Of a stretch of DNA of 64,000 bases, positions 29,289-39,049 are shown one piece after another (the stretch's first letter is position 1; every line of letters starts with the position of its first letter). This DNA is from Minisyncoccota bacterium (GTDB lineage Bacteria > Patescibacteriota > Minisyncoccia > UBA6257 > UBA9933): the NCBI GenBank assembly GCA_041653755.1, contig JBAZEU010000003.1, forward strand, positions 18,738 through 82,737, written 5' to 3'. The position numbers were made by a program, and so were the translations under genes. Under the pieces are notes generated by a model, which was not told the DNA's origin, searched no databases, and was given only the letters and a program-made list of their open reading frames with translations.

Positions 29289-29547
29289 CGATCTTTACGT
29301 CTCTGATATTTCCGTCAAAACGAACTTTCTTCTTAGACAAAAACTTCACTAACCCTTTTTTGACGGCATAAATGGTGTCATCTTTACCTTTTCTCGTATT
29401 TAATCCGGGTACGTACTTGCTGCCTCTTTGACGCACTAAAACTTCGCCTGCATTTACTTTTTGCCCAGCGGATCTTTTTACTCCTAATCTTTGTGCCGCG
29501 GATTCTCTGCCTAACTTGGTAGAGCCTCCGGCCTTAGTATGTGCCAT
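29266..29547 (-). CDS. rpmA: 50S ribosomal protein L27
   Basis: [25 protein letters not shown]...[15 protein letters not shown] canonical L27. Confidence 0.9.
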   Translation of the reverse strand: MAHTKAGGSTKLGRESAAQRLGVKRSAGQKVNAGEVLVRQRGSKYVPGLNTRKGKDDTIYAVKKGLVKFLSKKKVRFDGNIRDVKIVTVQLAE

Positions 29548-29663
29548 TTTTATTTATGAGCGAAGCGATTAACTATAAAAATGAGCACCCCGTACATAAT
29601 TTATTATGTGCGTGGGTAGCCAACCACTCGCTATTCATTAGATTTTAAGCTATAATTTCTAAT

Positions 29664-30401
29664 ATGTCAACACAATTCTTCGACGCTAAACAAAATAATA
29701 AGCTAGTTTTTGATATCGAGACCATAGGGGTTAATTTCGATTCCTTAGACGAAGCATCTCAAGAATCTTTAACTCGTTGGATTAAAAAAGAATCTGATTC
29801 AGAAGAAGATTACGAAGAGGCCCTAAAAGAAATGAAAGACGGACTTGGTTTTTCCCCATTAACTGGAGAAATTGTAGCCATCGGAGTTTTAGATGTTGAT
29901 AAAAATCAGGGCGTAGTTTGCTTCCAAGCGCCAGAAAAAAACTTAAAAGAAACTACCGAAGATGGAATTATTTACAAGCCAATGACTGAAAAAGAAATGC
30001 TGGAAAATTTTTGGAAAGGAGCGATGCAATATCAAGAGTTTATAAGTTTCAACGGCCGTGTCTTCGATGTGCCTTTTATGATGATAAGATCTGCTGTCCA
30101 TGGGGTTAAACCAACCAGAAATTTGATGGAAGGAAGATATTTATATCAGCAAAGAAGCGCTAAGCATATAGATTTGTTAGACCAATTAACTTTTTATGGA
30201 GCGGTTCGAAAAAGAGGGAGCTTGCATTTGTGGAGCAAAATCTTCGGCATCAAAAGTCCGAAAGAAGATGGGATTACCGGTGATGAAGTTGGAAAACTTT
30301 TTAAAGAAGAAAAATTTTGGGAAATTGCAAAATATAACGCAGGGGACTTAGTAGCAACAAAAGAACTTTACAAGAAATGGAACGATTACCTTAATCTATG
30401 A
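29664..30401 (+). CDS. RNase H-like 3'-5' exonuclease related to PolB exonuclease domain (YprB/PF10108-like)
   Basis: Exo I LVFDIETIG, Exo II FNGRVFDVPF, Exo III YNAGDLV. Confidence 0.6.
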   Translation: MSTQFFDAKQNNKLVFDIETIGVNFDSLDEASQESLTRWIKKESDSEEDYEEALKEMKDGLGFSPLTGEIVAIGVLDVDKNQGVVCFQAPEKNLKETTEDGIIYKPMTEKEMLENFWKGAMQYQEFISFNGRVFDVPFMMIRSAVHGVKPTRNLMEGRYLYQQRSAKHIDLLDQLTFYGAVRKRGSLHLWSKIFGIKSPKEDGITGDEVGKLFKEEKFWEIAKYNAGDLVATKELYKKWNDYLNL

Positions 30402-30631
30402 GTTTTAAGACTTGGGTAGGGGAGCATAAAAAGGACATACTTCTATTCTTATTACTATTCCTTATGTGTTCCTTATCTTTTGGATTGGGTTATTTGGTCA
30501 ATCGTGAATTTAACCACGCTCCGATTATTATTGAGAAAAGTGCCAATTTTACCTCAGAGCAATAAACGATGAGCTGTAAAATTGAGCATCCGCCTAAGTT
30601 TTTATGAGAATAAAATCTGGGTGGATAAGTA

Positions 30632-30661
30632 TTGACAATTAATGCTGTTTTGTGCTATAAT
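30632..30661 (+). promoter_or_regulatory. consensus sigma70 promoter (TTGACA-18-TATAAT) driving small-ORF operon
   Basis: perfect -35 30632-30637 and -10 30656-30661; first ORF has AAGGAGGT SD. Confidence 0.6.
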
Positions 30662-30726
30662 TCTTATAACAGCTTGAAAATCTACTAACGAGATTTTCTT
30701 TTAAAAACAAAATAAGGAGGTAAAAC

Positions 30727-30942
30727 ATGGGATGGAAATTGGTAATATTGATTGTGACATTGGTTGTACTATTGACGGTGTTCCTTAGAACTGGCCTAAA
30801 ACTGTTTTTCGAAAAGGAAAATGACAATGGCGTTTTATTTATCGCCGCCGCTACATTAATCGCCATCGCTATAAACTGTCTTTTTGCAGTAGGATTAGCT
30901 CATTTAGCGCATTGGTTATGGCAATGGCAACCAATAAGATAA
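30727..30942 (+). CDS. small 2-TM membrane protein (71 aa), hypothetical
   Basis: strong SD AAGGAGGTAAAACATG; two hydrophobic helices. Confidence 0.5.
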   Translation: MGWKLVILIVTLVVLLTVFLRTGLKLFFEKENDNGVLFIAAATLIAIAINCLFAVGLAHLAHWLWQWQPIR

Positions 30943-30953
30943 GGAGGATTCTT

Positions 30954-31091
30954 ATGAAAAAGTCCGGCAAAAAAGGATTACTGAAAGGGATAAAAAATCG
31001 TGATTTACATTTAGCCGATTTGATCGGCGATAAAGTGCCGAAAAAACGGAAACAGCACAAAAGGAGGAAAACGTGCCAACCACAAAAGTAA
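30954..31091 (+). CDS. small basic protein (45 aa, MKKSGKKGLLKGIKNRDLHLADLIGDKVPKKRKQHKRRKTCQPQK), hypothetical
   Basis: SD TAAGGAGGATTCTTATG; not in ORF track (<60 aa); shares a duplicated AAAGTGCCGAAAAAACG segment with 31255-31275. Confidence 0.4.
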   Translation: MKKSGKKGLLKGIKNRDLHLADLIGDKVPKKRKQHKRRKTCQPQK

Positions 31092-31255
31092 TTAGAACAA
31101 TAGGATTAATAATTACATTTGCTGGAGTGTTTTTAATGATAAAATCTCCGCTGACCACCCTGAAAAGAAAAGTCCCGAAAAAATGGAAAATAGGATTCGC
31201 GATTTATCTTATCGGTTTCATGATCGTACTTTTATCACCAGCTTTCGAGCGGTGA
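31073..31255 (+). CDS. small 2-TM membrane protein (60 aa, GTG start), hypothetical
   Basis: SD AAAGGAGGAAAACGTG; two hydrophobic helices; overlaps preceding mini-ORF by 19 nt. Confidence 0.45.
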   Translation: MPTTKVIRTIGLIITFAGVFLMIKSPLTTLKRKVPKKWKIGFAIYLIGFMIVLLSPAFER

Positions 31256-31292
31256 AAAAGTGCCGAAAAAACGAAAACCAAATAAAGAGTAA

Positions 31293-31337
31293 AAAGCCCG
31301 TTCAAGGACAAAAACCTTGCGGGCTATTTTATTTTTG
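31293..31337. terminator. bidirectional intrinsic terminator between convergent genes
   Basis: agcccgttcaagg-acaaaaa-ccttgcgggct flanked by A-run (5') and ATTTTATTTTT (3'). Confidence 0.65.
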
Positions 31338-31350
31338 AATAAATTCGCTT

Positions 31351-32166
31351 CTACAAATATCCAACCTGCTTCAACCAATATTCATTTTCCCATTCCCAAA
31401 GTTTCTTAGCGCCCAAAAATGCCTGGTAGTCGCCTTGCCAATACGGAAATTCTTTTAATTCAATTTGCCCTTGAAGCGGAGACCATTCATGTTCACAGGT
31501 TTTAGATTTTTTATCGTAAGCGCCATTTTTATAAGGCAAACTAATTTTTTCTCTTCCGCCTTTCACACGTAAAGTCGCTCCGCATTTCGAACAAGTTTTA
31601 ATTTGATCAATTCTTAAAATCCAGCGCGTCTGAAGATTTTTTAAATCCTTTGCTAACGCCGCCACATAGGCAGAAGTTTGAAGATTATAATCCCGATAAA
31701 TTGCTTTTGATGTTTTGATGTCTAAAACTCCGAATTTGCCGTCAATCAAAGCAACGGCATCAATGGTTCCGGCATATTTTTCGTCGTGATTGGCAACTCT
31801 CTTTTCAATATATTCCGGGTCAACCTGAATATGATTTTGTTGATAAAAACTTATAAACGATTCAATAGCCGGCACAATTACAGGGTCTAAAATAGGGGAT
31901 TGGCCTAATAAAATTTGTTCTACGGCTTCGTGAATCTTCGTTCCTTCATCGGCCGATTTGTTTTTTACCGCTTCACTAGCGGCAAAATTATTCATTTCAG
32001 CGTAAAATTTGTACAACTGCGGTTTTGATTTAATATCAACTATTTTCGTTACTCGGGGATACCAAACGCCGTCAACATCATAGCCAGACATCCCTTTAAA
32101 ATGTTCGAGGTTAGAATAAAACATATATATTAAGCTTATTTTAACAGAAACAGGGGAGCCCCACAA
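31351..32166 (-). CDS. PD-(D/E)XK family nuclease (Cas4/RecB-like, phage-exonuclease-like) with inserted zinc ribbon
   Basis: YPRVTKIV N-motif, GTIDAVALIDGKFGVLDIKTSK (D..D-x-K core), QTSAYVAAL (QxxxY), CSKC...CEHEW Cys/His cluster; true start may be internal Met. Confidence 0.6.
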   Translation of the reverse strand: MWGSPVSVKISLIYMFYSNLEHFKGMSGYDVDGVWYPRVTKIVDIKSKPQLYKFYAEMNNFAASEAVKNKSADEGTKIHEAVEQILLGQSPILDPVIVPAIESFISFYQQNHIQVDPEYIEKRVANHDEKYAGTIDAVALIDGKFGVLDIKTSKAIYRDYNLQTSAYVAALAKDLKNLQTRWILRIDQIKTCSKCGATLRVKGGREKISLPYKNGAYDKKSKTCEHEWSPLQGQIELKEFPYWQGDYQAFLGAKKLWEWENEYWLKQVGYL

Positions 32167-32258
32167 TGGCTAAGTTGACCTTTTATCGTAAACTTGGTAT
32201 ATTGACAACAACGAATTATAAAAAGTTTATTTTATCTGTTCATTAAAAAAGGAGGAAT

Positions 32259-32564
32259 ATGAAAAGTAATCGGCAATGGATTTCAGATGACACGGCATAT
32301 TTGGTGTTTGCTATGGGAGCATGTATTTCCTGTATCGCTATGATGATTGGACCATGTTTATCAAACTGGTGGAAAATTTATAATCTATATTTTTTAACCG
32401 TTCTTATCTTTTTTCTTTCTACTTTGTCAGTAGCAATCATTATTAATCAACGAGAGAAAATCAAATACTGGATTTTAAGAACAGCTGATTTATTTATTGT
32501 TATATGTATTGGTCCCTTATTAGATCTTACCTCAGACGACGAGGCTGAAAATAATATCACCTAA
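32259..32564 (+). CDS. hypothetical 3-TM membrane protein (101 aa)
   Basis: strong SD AAAAAGGAGGAATATG; hydrophobic helices; acidic C-terminus. Confidence 0.5.
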   Translation: MKSNRQWISDDTAYLVFAMGACISCIAMMIGPCLSNWWKIYNLYFLTVLIFFLSTLSVAIIINQREKIKYWILRTADLFIVICIGPLLDLTSDDEAENNIT

Positions 32565-32699
32565 TGACCACGAACTTTCCCGAAGCGCGAAACGATGAGT
32601 GATTAGAAAGAATCACAAAGATGAGGGAAGGTTCTTGCTGCTTTTCTTACCGGCCCTTTGTCATTGTCAGCGCTTCGGGAAACCATTTCGGAGAAAATA

Positions 32700-32873
32700 A
32701 TGGAAAAAATATTGAAAGAGATTGCATTGGGGTTAATCCAACTTGCATTAGGATTTTTAGCGATAACGATTATATTCGGGCTTTGGATTAACATCGAAAA
32801 AATCTGGTCAAAAATAAAGTATTCTTTCCATCTTTGGTTAGGAAACTTACTGAATTCCATATACCCTTATTAA
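32700..32873 (+). CDS. hypothetical small membrane protein
   Basis: ORF 32658-32873; GGAG 8 nt upstream of internal Met at 32700; one TM. Confidence 0.3.
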   Translation: MEKILKEIALGLIQLALGFLAITIIFGLWINIEKIWSKIKYSFHLWLGNLLNSIYPY

Positions 32874-33320
32874 TTTCTCTTAAAAGGGGAGAAATCGAAA
32901 GGGGAGTCATAGCCGATTACAAACCCCGCAGAGAAGAAATGTCTACCAAAAAGGATCCACCTCCTTCTGGCTAAGACAATCTTTTTTTCTCTGCGGGGTC
33001 ACAAATTATAAACCCATAGCGAGCATACGGAGCTATATTGCGTAACGCAATCCACTCCTTTAAACCTCGCTATGGGTTTTGTTTTACCTACTGAAATTAC
33101 TATCTGTCGCAAAAGAATTATTTTGCGACAGATACAAGGCTCCTTTTTCTACTATAAAACCTCTCCCCCAGTGCTCGGAGAATATTGATTTTCAGAACGT
33201 CCCACAGGTAGCCGAAGCTTGGTATCAGCCGCGATGATTTCGGCTACCGAGGGAAAAGAAAATTTTGTCGCTGGAACAAAATTATTCTGGTTCTGAAAAA
33301 CAATTTACCAGAGCACTCAC

Positions 33321-33611
33321 CTATTTCGCTATCCCCTTGAGCAAAGAGATGATTTGTTCAAATATCCAAACGATTGCGTGCCAAACTAATTTGAAAATTT
33401 CTACCAAACTCATTCCCATACTGGTCTTAAACCACAAATTAATTTTTTGGAATATATTTAAACCGGTTTGTATCCCCTCTTTTACATTTTGCTGATTTAA
33501 AACCTGATTCGCTTTATCAAAATCAATTGAGCTGCTGGCCTGTTTAACCAAATCAATAGCGCTGGTAGCATGTTTAAATAAATCACCAAAAAATTGGTTT
33601 AAGTCAATCAT
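33321..33611 (-). CDS. hypothetical protein downstream of gltX
   Basis: ORF trimmed to internal Met (MIDLNQFF) to avoid overlap with gltX; no motifs. Confidence 0.35.
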   Translation of the reverse strand: MIDLNQFFGDLFKHATSAIDLVKQASSSIDFDKANQVLNQQNVKEGIQTGLNIFQKINLWFKTSMGMSLVEIFKLVWHAIVWIFEQIISLLKGIAK

Positions 33612-33621
33612 ATTATTTATC

Positions 33622-35088
33622 TTATGTCTTTTTAATGGCAATGTTAAGCCGTTCCAATGTTTCTTCTTTTCCTAACGCATCCATAATTTCAAACGGGCCC
33701 GGCGACGCTTCTTTGCCCGATAAAGCTACTCTCAACGGCCATAACAACTCCCCTTTCCCAAACGCTTCAGTCAAAGGCATAATTTTATTTTCAATCTTTT
33801 CTAAAATAAAATCTTTCTCTTCGATTTTTTCTATTTCAGCAATTAAAAGCTTCAAGTTTGAGATAACTCTTTCTTTTTCCATTTCTTTCCATGATAAAAG
33901 TTCCGCCCGATAATCCGGCAATTCAAAAAAGAAATCGGCCAGATTTTTGAATTCCGCAAGCGTGTTTATTCTTTCTTTTTCCAAATTAAACACTTTAAGC
34001 AACAGGATTTCATTCTCTAACCATTCTGCCGGGACAAAACCTTCCATTATTGCTTTTACTTTTTTTATAGGAATTTGCTTAATGTATTGTGAATTTAGCC
34101 AATCAAGCTTGGTTATATTAAAAATCGCTCCAGCTTTTTGGATTCTTTTCAAATCAAATTCTTGAATCAATTCTTCGCGACTCATTACGTCTTTTTCTTC
34201 TTTTGGATGCCAGCCCAAGAAAGCAATAAAATTTACCATTGCTTCTGGCAAATAACCAACCTTTTTATATCCATTCAACGATGTTTCAGCATAACGCTTA
34301 GAAAGCTTGCTCCTGTCAGCCGCCAAAGTTAACGGCATATGCGCATATTTCAATTCTGAAAACCCAAGCGCTTTTTGAATTAAAATTTGCTTCGGAGTAT
34401 TTGAAATATGATCCTCTCCCCTAATGACGTGAGTAATTTTCATTTCAAAATCATCGATCACTACGGCAAAATTAAAGAGCGGTTCTCGCAACCCTTTTGC
34501 GATAACAATATCCCCAAATAGATTACTATCGAATTTAACTTGACCTCTTATTATGTCGGAAAATGTTGTCTCCGTTTGTGGCACCCTAAAGCGGATAACT
34601 GCTTTTTCGCCTGATTTTAAGCGCTTTTCTGCCTCTTCTAAGGGTATTTTACCGCATTTCCCGCTGTATTTTGGCGCTAATCCTTGCGCTAACATGCTTT
34701 GACGCTCCATTTCCAGCTCTTCTTTAGTGCAAAAACACCAATAGGCCTTGTTTTCAGCCAAAAGGCGTGTAAGATACCCCTCGTAGATAGAAAGACGCTC
34801 AGATTGCCTGTAAGGGCCAAAATCACCCCTATACTGAGCCGGTTTGGCTGGATCTGGGCCTTCATCCCACTCTAAGCCAAGCCACTCGAGGTTCTCTAAA
34901 AGATCGGTTTCAAACTCCTTTTTTGACCGTTCTGTGTCAGTATCTTCTATACGTAATATAAACTTGCCACCTTGATTTTTGGCATATAGCCAATTAAATA
35001 AAGCAGTTCTAGCACTACCAATATGAAAATAGCCGGTTGGCGAAGGCGCAAACCGTACCCGGATCTCATTTTTCGGATCTTCAGTCAT
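33622..35088 (-). CDS. gltX: glutamyl-tRNA synthetase
   Basis: HIGH motif (PSPTGYFHIGSARTALFNWL), KMSKS-like KLSKR, class I catalytic core and anticodon-binding domain. Confidence 0.9.
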   Translation of the reverse strand: MTEDPKNEIRVRFAPSPTGYFHIGSARTALFNWLYAKNQGGKFILRIEDTDTERSKKEFETDLLENLEWLGLEWDEGPDPAKPAQYRGDFGPYRQSERLSIYEGYLTRLLAENKAYWCFCTKEELEMERQSMLAQGLAPKYSGKCGKIPLEEAEKRLKSGEKAVIRFRVPQTETTFSDIIRGQVKFDSNLFGDIVIAKGLREPLFNFAVVIDDFEMKITHVIRGEDHISNTPKQILIQKALGFSELKYAHMPLTLAADRSKLSKRYAETSLNGYKKVGYLPEAMVNFIAFLGWHPKEEKDVMSREELIQEFDLKRIQKAGAIFNITKLDWLNSQYIKQIPIKKVKAIMEGFVPAEWLENEILLLKVFNLEKERINTLAEFKNLADFFFELPDYRAELLSWKEMEKERVISNLKLLIAEIEKIEEKDFILEKIENKIMPLTEAFGKGELLWPLRVALSGKEASPGPFEIMDALGKEETLERLNIAIKKT

Positions 35089-35132
35089 TAAGAAAATTAT
35101 ACAATAAACACAACAAAATGCCTATATTATAT

Positions 35133-36296
35133 CTACGCTCTCGCTAACCTTAAAATTTCTTCTGCTAAAAGTTTTGCCGCGTCTGGCTTTGAGAAATTTT
35201 TGGCGGCTTCAGACATTTGTTTTAATAACTCCGGATTGCCGAAAAATTTCTGCGCCTGAACCATAAAAAGATGGGTTCTTAAATTACTTTGTTCTATCAC
35301 AACTGCGGCGCCGGTTTGGCTATATTCATAAGCATTTCTAATTTGATGGCCAGATGCTGCATCAGGCAAAGGAACTAAAATTGACGGTTCTCCCATAGCC
35401 GCTAATTCAAAAATAGAACCAGCGCCAGCTCGCGAAACCACTAAATCCGCGGCCAGTATCGCCTCTTTTAAATCCTTGTCCTCTAAATAAGGCACAACTT
35501 TATACCTTAATTTTTCTTCATCAAAAAAGTCACGGCTTAAAAATTGCCATTCCTTTTTTACTTGTTCGAAATTTTTTATACCGGTTTGATGAAGCACTTG
35601 ATAATCCTTTAATAACTCCCCTATCGAATCCAAGACAAAATCATTTATCGCTGTTGCACCTTGTGAGCCGCCGACAAAAAGAATCAACGGTAATCCTGGA
35701 TTAAATCCTAAAACCTTTTTCGCCAGTTCTGTATCATCGCCTGGTTCAAAAAATATTTTTCTTGCCGGATGGCCAACTAATGCAAATTCATTCTCGTCAA
35801 AGTTTTTGTTCTTTCTAAAATAATTAATTGCCGAATTAAAAGATAATCCAATTCTTCTTGCCCATTTAGCAGAAACTAAATTGGTTAACCCAGGGATGCT
35901 ATCTGATTCATGAATAAATATCGGAATCCGATAAAATCGACAAACTAATAAAACTGCCAGTGCACCTGGCCCGCCTTTTGAAAAAACCACATCAGGCATA
36001 AACCACAAAATTTTCCAGAGACACTGGAATAAACTAAAAATGAATTTGAAAAAATCAAAAAAGTTTCTGATATCAAAATACCGGCGGAGTTTTGATGAAG
36101 CAATTTTTACGACTCGGATACCGGAAAGCTCTAAAAGATTAAAATATTGTCCGGGTGCGCCAAAAAAACGGAGATCTGCTTCTATCCCCTTTTCTTTTGT
36201 TATTCTTTTCAATTCTTCGGCAACAGCAACTATCGGATAAATATGTCCGCCTGTTCCACCGCCAGTAAATAAAATTCTTAAGGATTTTTGACTCAT
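35133..36296 (-). CDS. murG: undecaprenyldiphospho-muramoylpentapeptide beta-N-acetylglucosaminyltransferase
   Basis: ILFTGGGTGGHIYPIVAVAEEL N-terminal G-loop; GT28 architecture; adjacent to ftsW. Confidence 0.85.
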   Translation of the reverse strand: MSQKSLRILFTGGGTGGHIYPIVAVAEELKRITKEKGIEADLRFFGAPGQYFNLLELSGIRVVKIASSKLRRYFDIRNFFDFFKFIFSLFQCLWKILWFMPDVVFSKGGPGALAVLLVCRFYRIPIFIHESDSIPGLTNLVSAKWARRIGLSFNSAINYFRKNKNFDENEFALVGHPARKIFFEPGDDTELAKKVLGFNPGLPLILFVGGSQGATAINDFVLDSIGELLKDYQVLHQTGIKNFEQVKKEWQFLSRDFFDEEKLRYKVVPYLEDKDLKEAILAADLVVSRAGAGSIFELAAMGEPSILVPLPDAASGHQIRNAYEYSQTGAAVVIEQSNLRTHLFMVQAQKFFGNPELLKQMSEAAKNFSKPDAAKLLAEEILRLARA

Positions 36297-36299
36297 AAG

Positions 36300-37418
36300 T
36301 TAATTGTATCTACTAATATTAACAACCACGCCCATCATCGTCAAAAAAATTGCCAACGCAGTTCCGCCATAGCTGATAAAAGGCAAAGGAACGCCGGTAA
36401 GAGGTATAAGGCCGGTATTAGCTCCGATATGAACAAAAGTTTGCAGTCCTATAATTGAAACCAATCCAACCGCTGTTAATCGCCCAAATTCATCTTTCGA
36501 ACGCTGGGCTATTTTAAAACCTCTCAAAATAAGCAAAACAAATAAGCCAACCGTGACTAAGCTTCCGATAAAACCAAGTTCTTCCGCAATTACCGGGAAA
36601 ATTGAATCTCCCACTGTTTCCGGCAAAGACCGGTATTTGATGGTTGAATTGCCGTAACCAACTCCCCACAGTTTTCCAGTACCAATAGCAATCAATGCCT
36701 GATTTTGCTGGAAGCCCTTGCCTAAAATATCCACGTTTTGTTTTAAAAACACCCTATTAATAAATGACTGGATCCTGTCGCTACGATAAGCTGTTTTGTA
36801 AATTACAAAAGACAAAAGAAGCAAACCGATCAAAACAGTAAGAATTACGTATTTGAATTTAGCGCCGCTGACAAAATAAACAATTAACGCCGCAACCATC
36901 ACGATACATAAAGTCGTAGTGGCCGGTTGCGCTAAAATTAAACCGGCAATTATTCCAGAAACAGCTATGAAAGGAAGATACCCTTGAACAAAATTTGTTC
37001 GTCTCTTTTTTTCTTTGCCAAGCCATGCCGCTAGATAAACTATGAAAGAAAATTTTAAAAGCTCTGCCGGTTGGAATGAAAACGATCCAAGCTTCAGCCA
37101 ACGGCTGGCACCACCCGAATGATAATTCAGCCCTGGAACAAAAACTGCAATTAAAAGCAAAATATTAAAAATCAAAAAGATAAAAGCTATTTTCTCCCAA
37201 TTATGATAATAAAGACTAGAAGCGATCAGAAAACCGATAACTCCAAAAATCAATCCTATCAATAACTGATGTTTCAAATAATAATAAGGATCGTTGAATT
37301 TCTTCTTACCTAAATCGAAAGAAGCGCTGGAAAGCATCACCAATCCAAAAATCACTAGAAAAATTACGCAAAAAAGAAATAAATAATCGGGATGATGTCC
37401 GGCTCTTGTTCTCATCAT
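36300..37418 (-). CDS. ftsW: SEDS-family peptidoglycan polymerase FtsW/RodA
   Basis: 10-TM SEDS protein (GLNYHSGGASRWLKLGSFSFQPAELLK...); synteny with murG and mraY suggests FtsW. Confidence 0.8.
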   Translation of the reverse strand: MMRTRAGHHPDYLFLFCVIFLVIFGLVMLSSASFDLGKKKFNDPYYYLKHQLLIGLIFGVIGFLIASSLYYHNWEKIAFIFLIFNILLLIAVFVPGLNYHSGGASRWLKLGSFSFQPAELLKFSFIVYLAAWLGKEKKRRTNFVQGYLPFIAVSGIIAGLILAQPATTTLCIVMVAALIVYFVSGAKFKYVILTVLIGLLLLSFVIYKTAYRSDRIQSFINRVFLKQNVDILGKGFQQNQALIAIGTGKLWGVGYGNSTIKYRSLPETVGDSIFPVIAEELGFIGSLVTVGLFVLLILRGFKIAQRSKDEFGRLTAVGLVSIIGLQTFVHIGANTGLIPLTGVPLPFISYGGTALAIFLTMMGVVVNISRYN

Positions 37419-37514
37419 AATCCATGAATCTTAAATCTTAAATCTTGAATCATAAAAATTTATTTTTTGTAACCGTTATTGTTTCGTATTGATACATGTT
37501 CCATGTTTTATGTT

Positions 37515-39032
37515 CTATGGTTCGCGCCTAAGCACTTTCCCGGCCAATATATTTGTGAACTGAGAATTATTCACCGCAATCTTGCCGTTCACGATAACCG
37601 TCTGAATTTTTCCGTCTTTAAAAATAGTTAAATCAGCGAAATTTCCGTCTCTTATTACTCCCCTACCTTTCAAACCTAAGATTTTTGCCGGCAAAGACGT
37701 AATTTTCTTAACCGCTTCTTCGACAGGCATTAACCCCTGCCTGCCGGCAGGCAGGCTTTTCTCTGCCATCTCCAAAAATTTTGGAAAAGTTTGAGTTGCT
37801 CTGTCCGGCTTTAAAACTTTAAAACTATCGGCAAAAGCGGCGCTATTCGAAGCAATAACCGCTTGGCTATGCTTTAACGCTTCTTTCACACCAACAATAC
37901 TGATATTTTTGTAAAACACCACTGCTTGAAAATTAGTCAGTTCCATCAAAGCCAATAAGCCCTCTCTGACTTCCGAATTCCTATTGTCAGAAAATTCTTT
38001 CAAGGTTTTCCCGACTAAATACGGATGCTTCGGCGCATGGGATATTAAAATTTCTTCTCCTTTCAGCCGGGGTAATTCTTTGATAATTTTTTCTCTAATG
38101 TCCGGATTTTTTAAATTTTCTTTAATCACTTCTTCTCCTCCTCTTAATACCCAGTTGGGCAAAAATGAATGGATTGAAACAGTGCTGGTTGAAAATGGAT
38201 ATAAATCAAAATATACATCTACGATATGCAAGCTCTGACTGATAAGTTCCAACGATTGTTCATAATCTTTTTTATAGCCCATGATCGGCCGGAAATGACT
38301 GATTAGAGTTTTCACTCTGCTTTCTTTGGCTAAATTAAGAGTTTCATTTATCGAAGACAAAAGTCCTTTCTTCTCGTCACGAAGATGACTGGCATAAAAT
38401 GCTTTATGTTTAGAAACAATCGATAATAAAGCTTTAATTTCTTCGTAAGGTGTTTCTATCCCTTGGCCATAACCCAAACCGGTAGAAAAACCGAAAGCCC
38501 CTTCTTTCAAAGATTTTTCCAAAATTGATTTGAAAACATTAATTTCGTTCTTTGTTAAATCCCTGAAGTCATCGCCGATTAAATCTCTCTTGATTGTTCC
38601 GTGGCCAACTAAAGTTCCGAAATTAACTCCCAACTGTCTTCTTGATAAAACCTTCAAGAATTCTCCAACTGTTCTCCATGAAATATTTACCGCATCTATA
38701 TCTGTCCAATGCTTTATCGCTCCTAATGATCCGTAAATTAACGGCGCCAAAGATGAACCGCACTGGCCACCGATGATTGTGGTTACCCCTTGAAGAAGTA
38801 AATCTTTTTGTGAAGGATTAGAAAAAATCGTTAGATAACGGTCAGAATCATTGTTTATATCAATAAAACCGGGCGCTAAATAAGCACCCATCCCGTCGAT
38901 AATATGGGCCGCTTTATAAGAAGGAAAGCTACCCATGGCAAAAATTTTATCGTTCTTAATTAAAACGTCTGCTTTAGCCGACGCCCTACCAGTACCATCG
39001 ATAAGCTGAACATTTTTAATTAAAGTAGTCAT
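37515..39032 (-). CDS. amidohydrolase-superfamily protein (D-aminoacylase-like); metal-binding HxH replaced by NND
   Basis: N-terminal IKNVQLIDGTG...GFIDINNDSD resembles N-acyl-D-amino-acid deacylase but lacks the two His; contains in-frame palindrome copy (LPAGRQG). Confidence 0.55.
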   Translation of the reverse strand: MTTLIKNVQLIDGTGRASAKADVLIKNDKIFAMGSFPSYKAAHIIDGMGAYLAPGFIDINNDSDRYLTIFSNPSQKDLLLQGVTTIIGGQCGSSLAPLIYGSLGAIKHWTDIDAVNISWRTVGEFLKVLSRRQLGVNFGTLVGHGTIKRDLIGDDFRDLTKNEINVFKSILEKSLKEGAFGFSTGLGYGQGIETPYEEIKALLSIVSKHKAFYASHLRDEKKGLLSSINETLNLAKESRVKTLISHFRPIMGYKKDYEQSLELISQSLHIVDVYFDLYPFSTSTVSIHSFLPNWVLRGGEEVIKENLKNPDIREKIIKELPRLKGEEILISHAPKHPYLVGKTLKEFSDNRNSEVREGLLALMELTNFQAVVFYKNISIVGVKEALKHSQAVIASNSAAFADSFKVLKPDRATQTFPKFLEMAEKSLPAGRQGLMPVEEAVKKITSLPAKILGLKGRGVIRDGNFADLTIFKDGKIQTVIVNGKIAVNNSQFTNILAGKVLRREP

Positions 39033-39049
39033 TAGAAGATAAATTTAAC

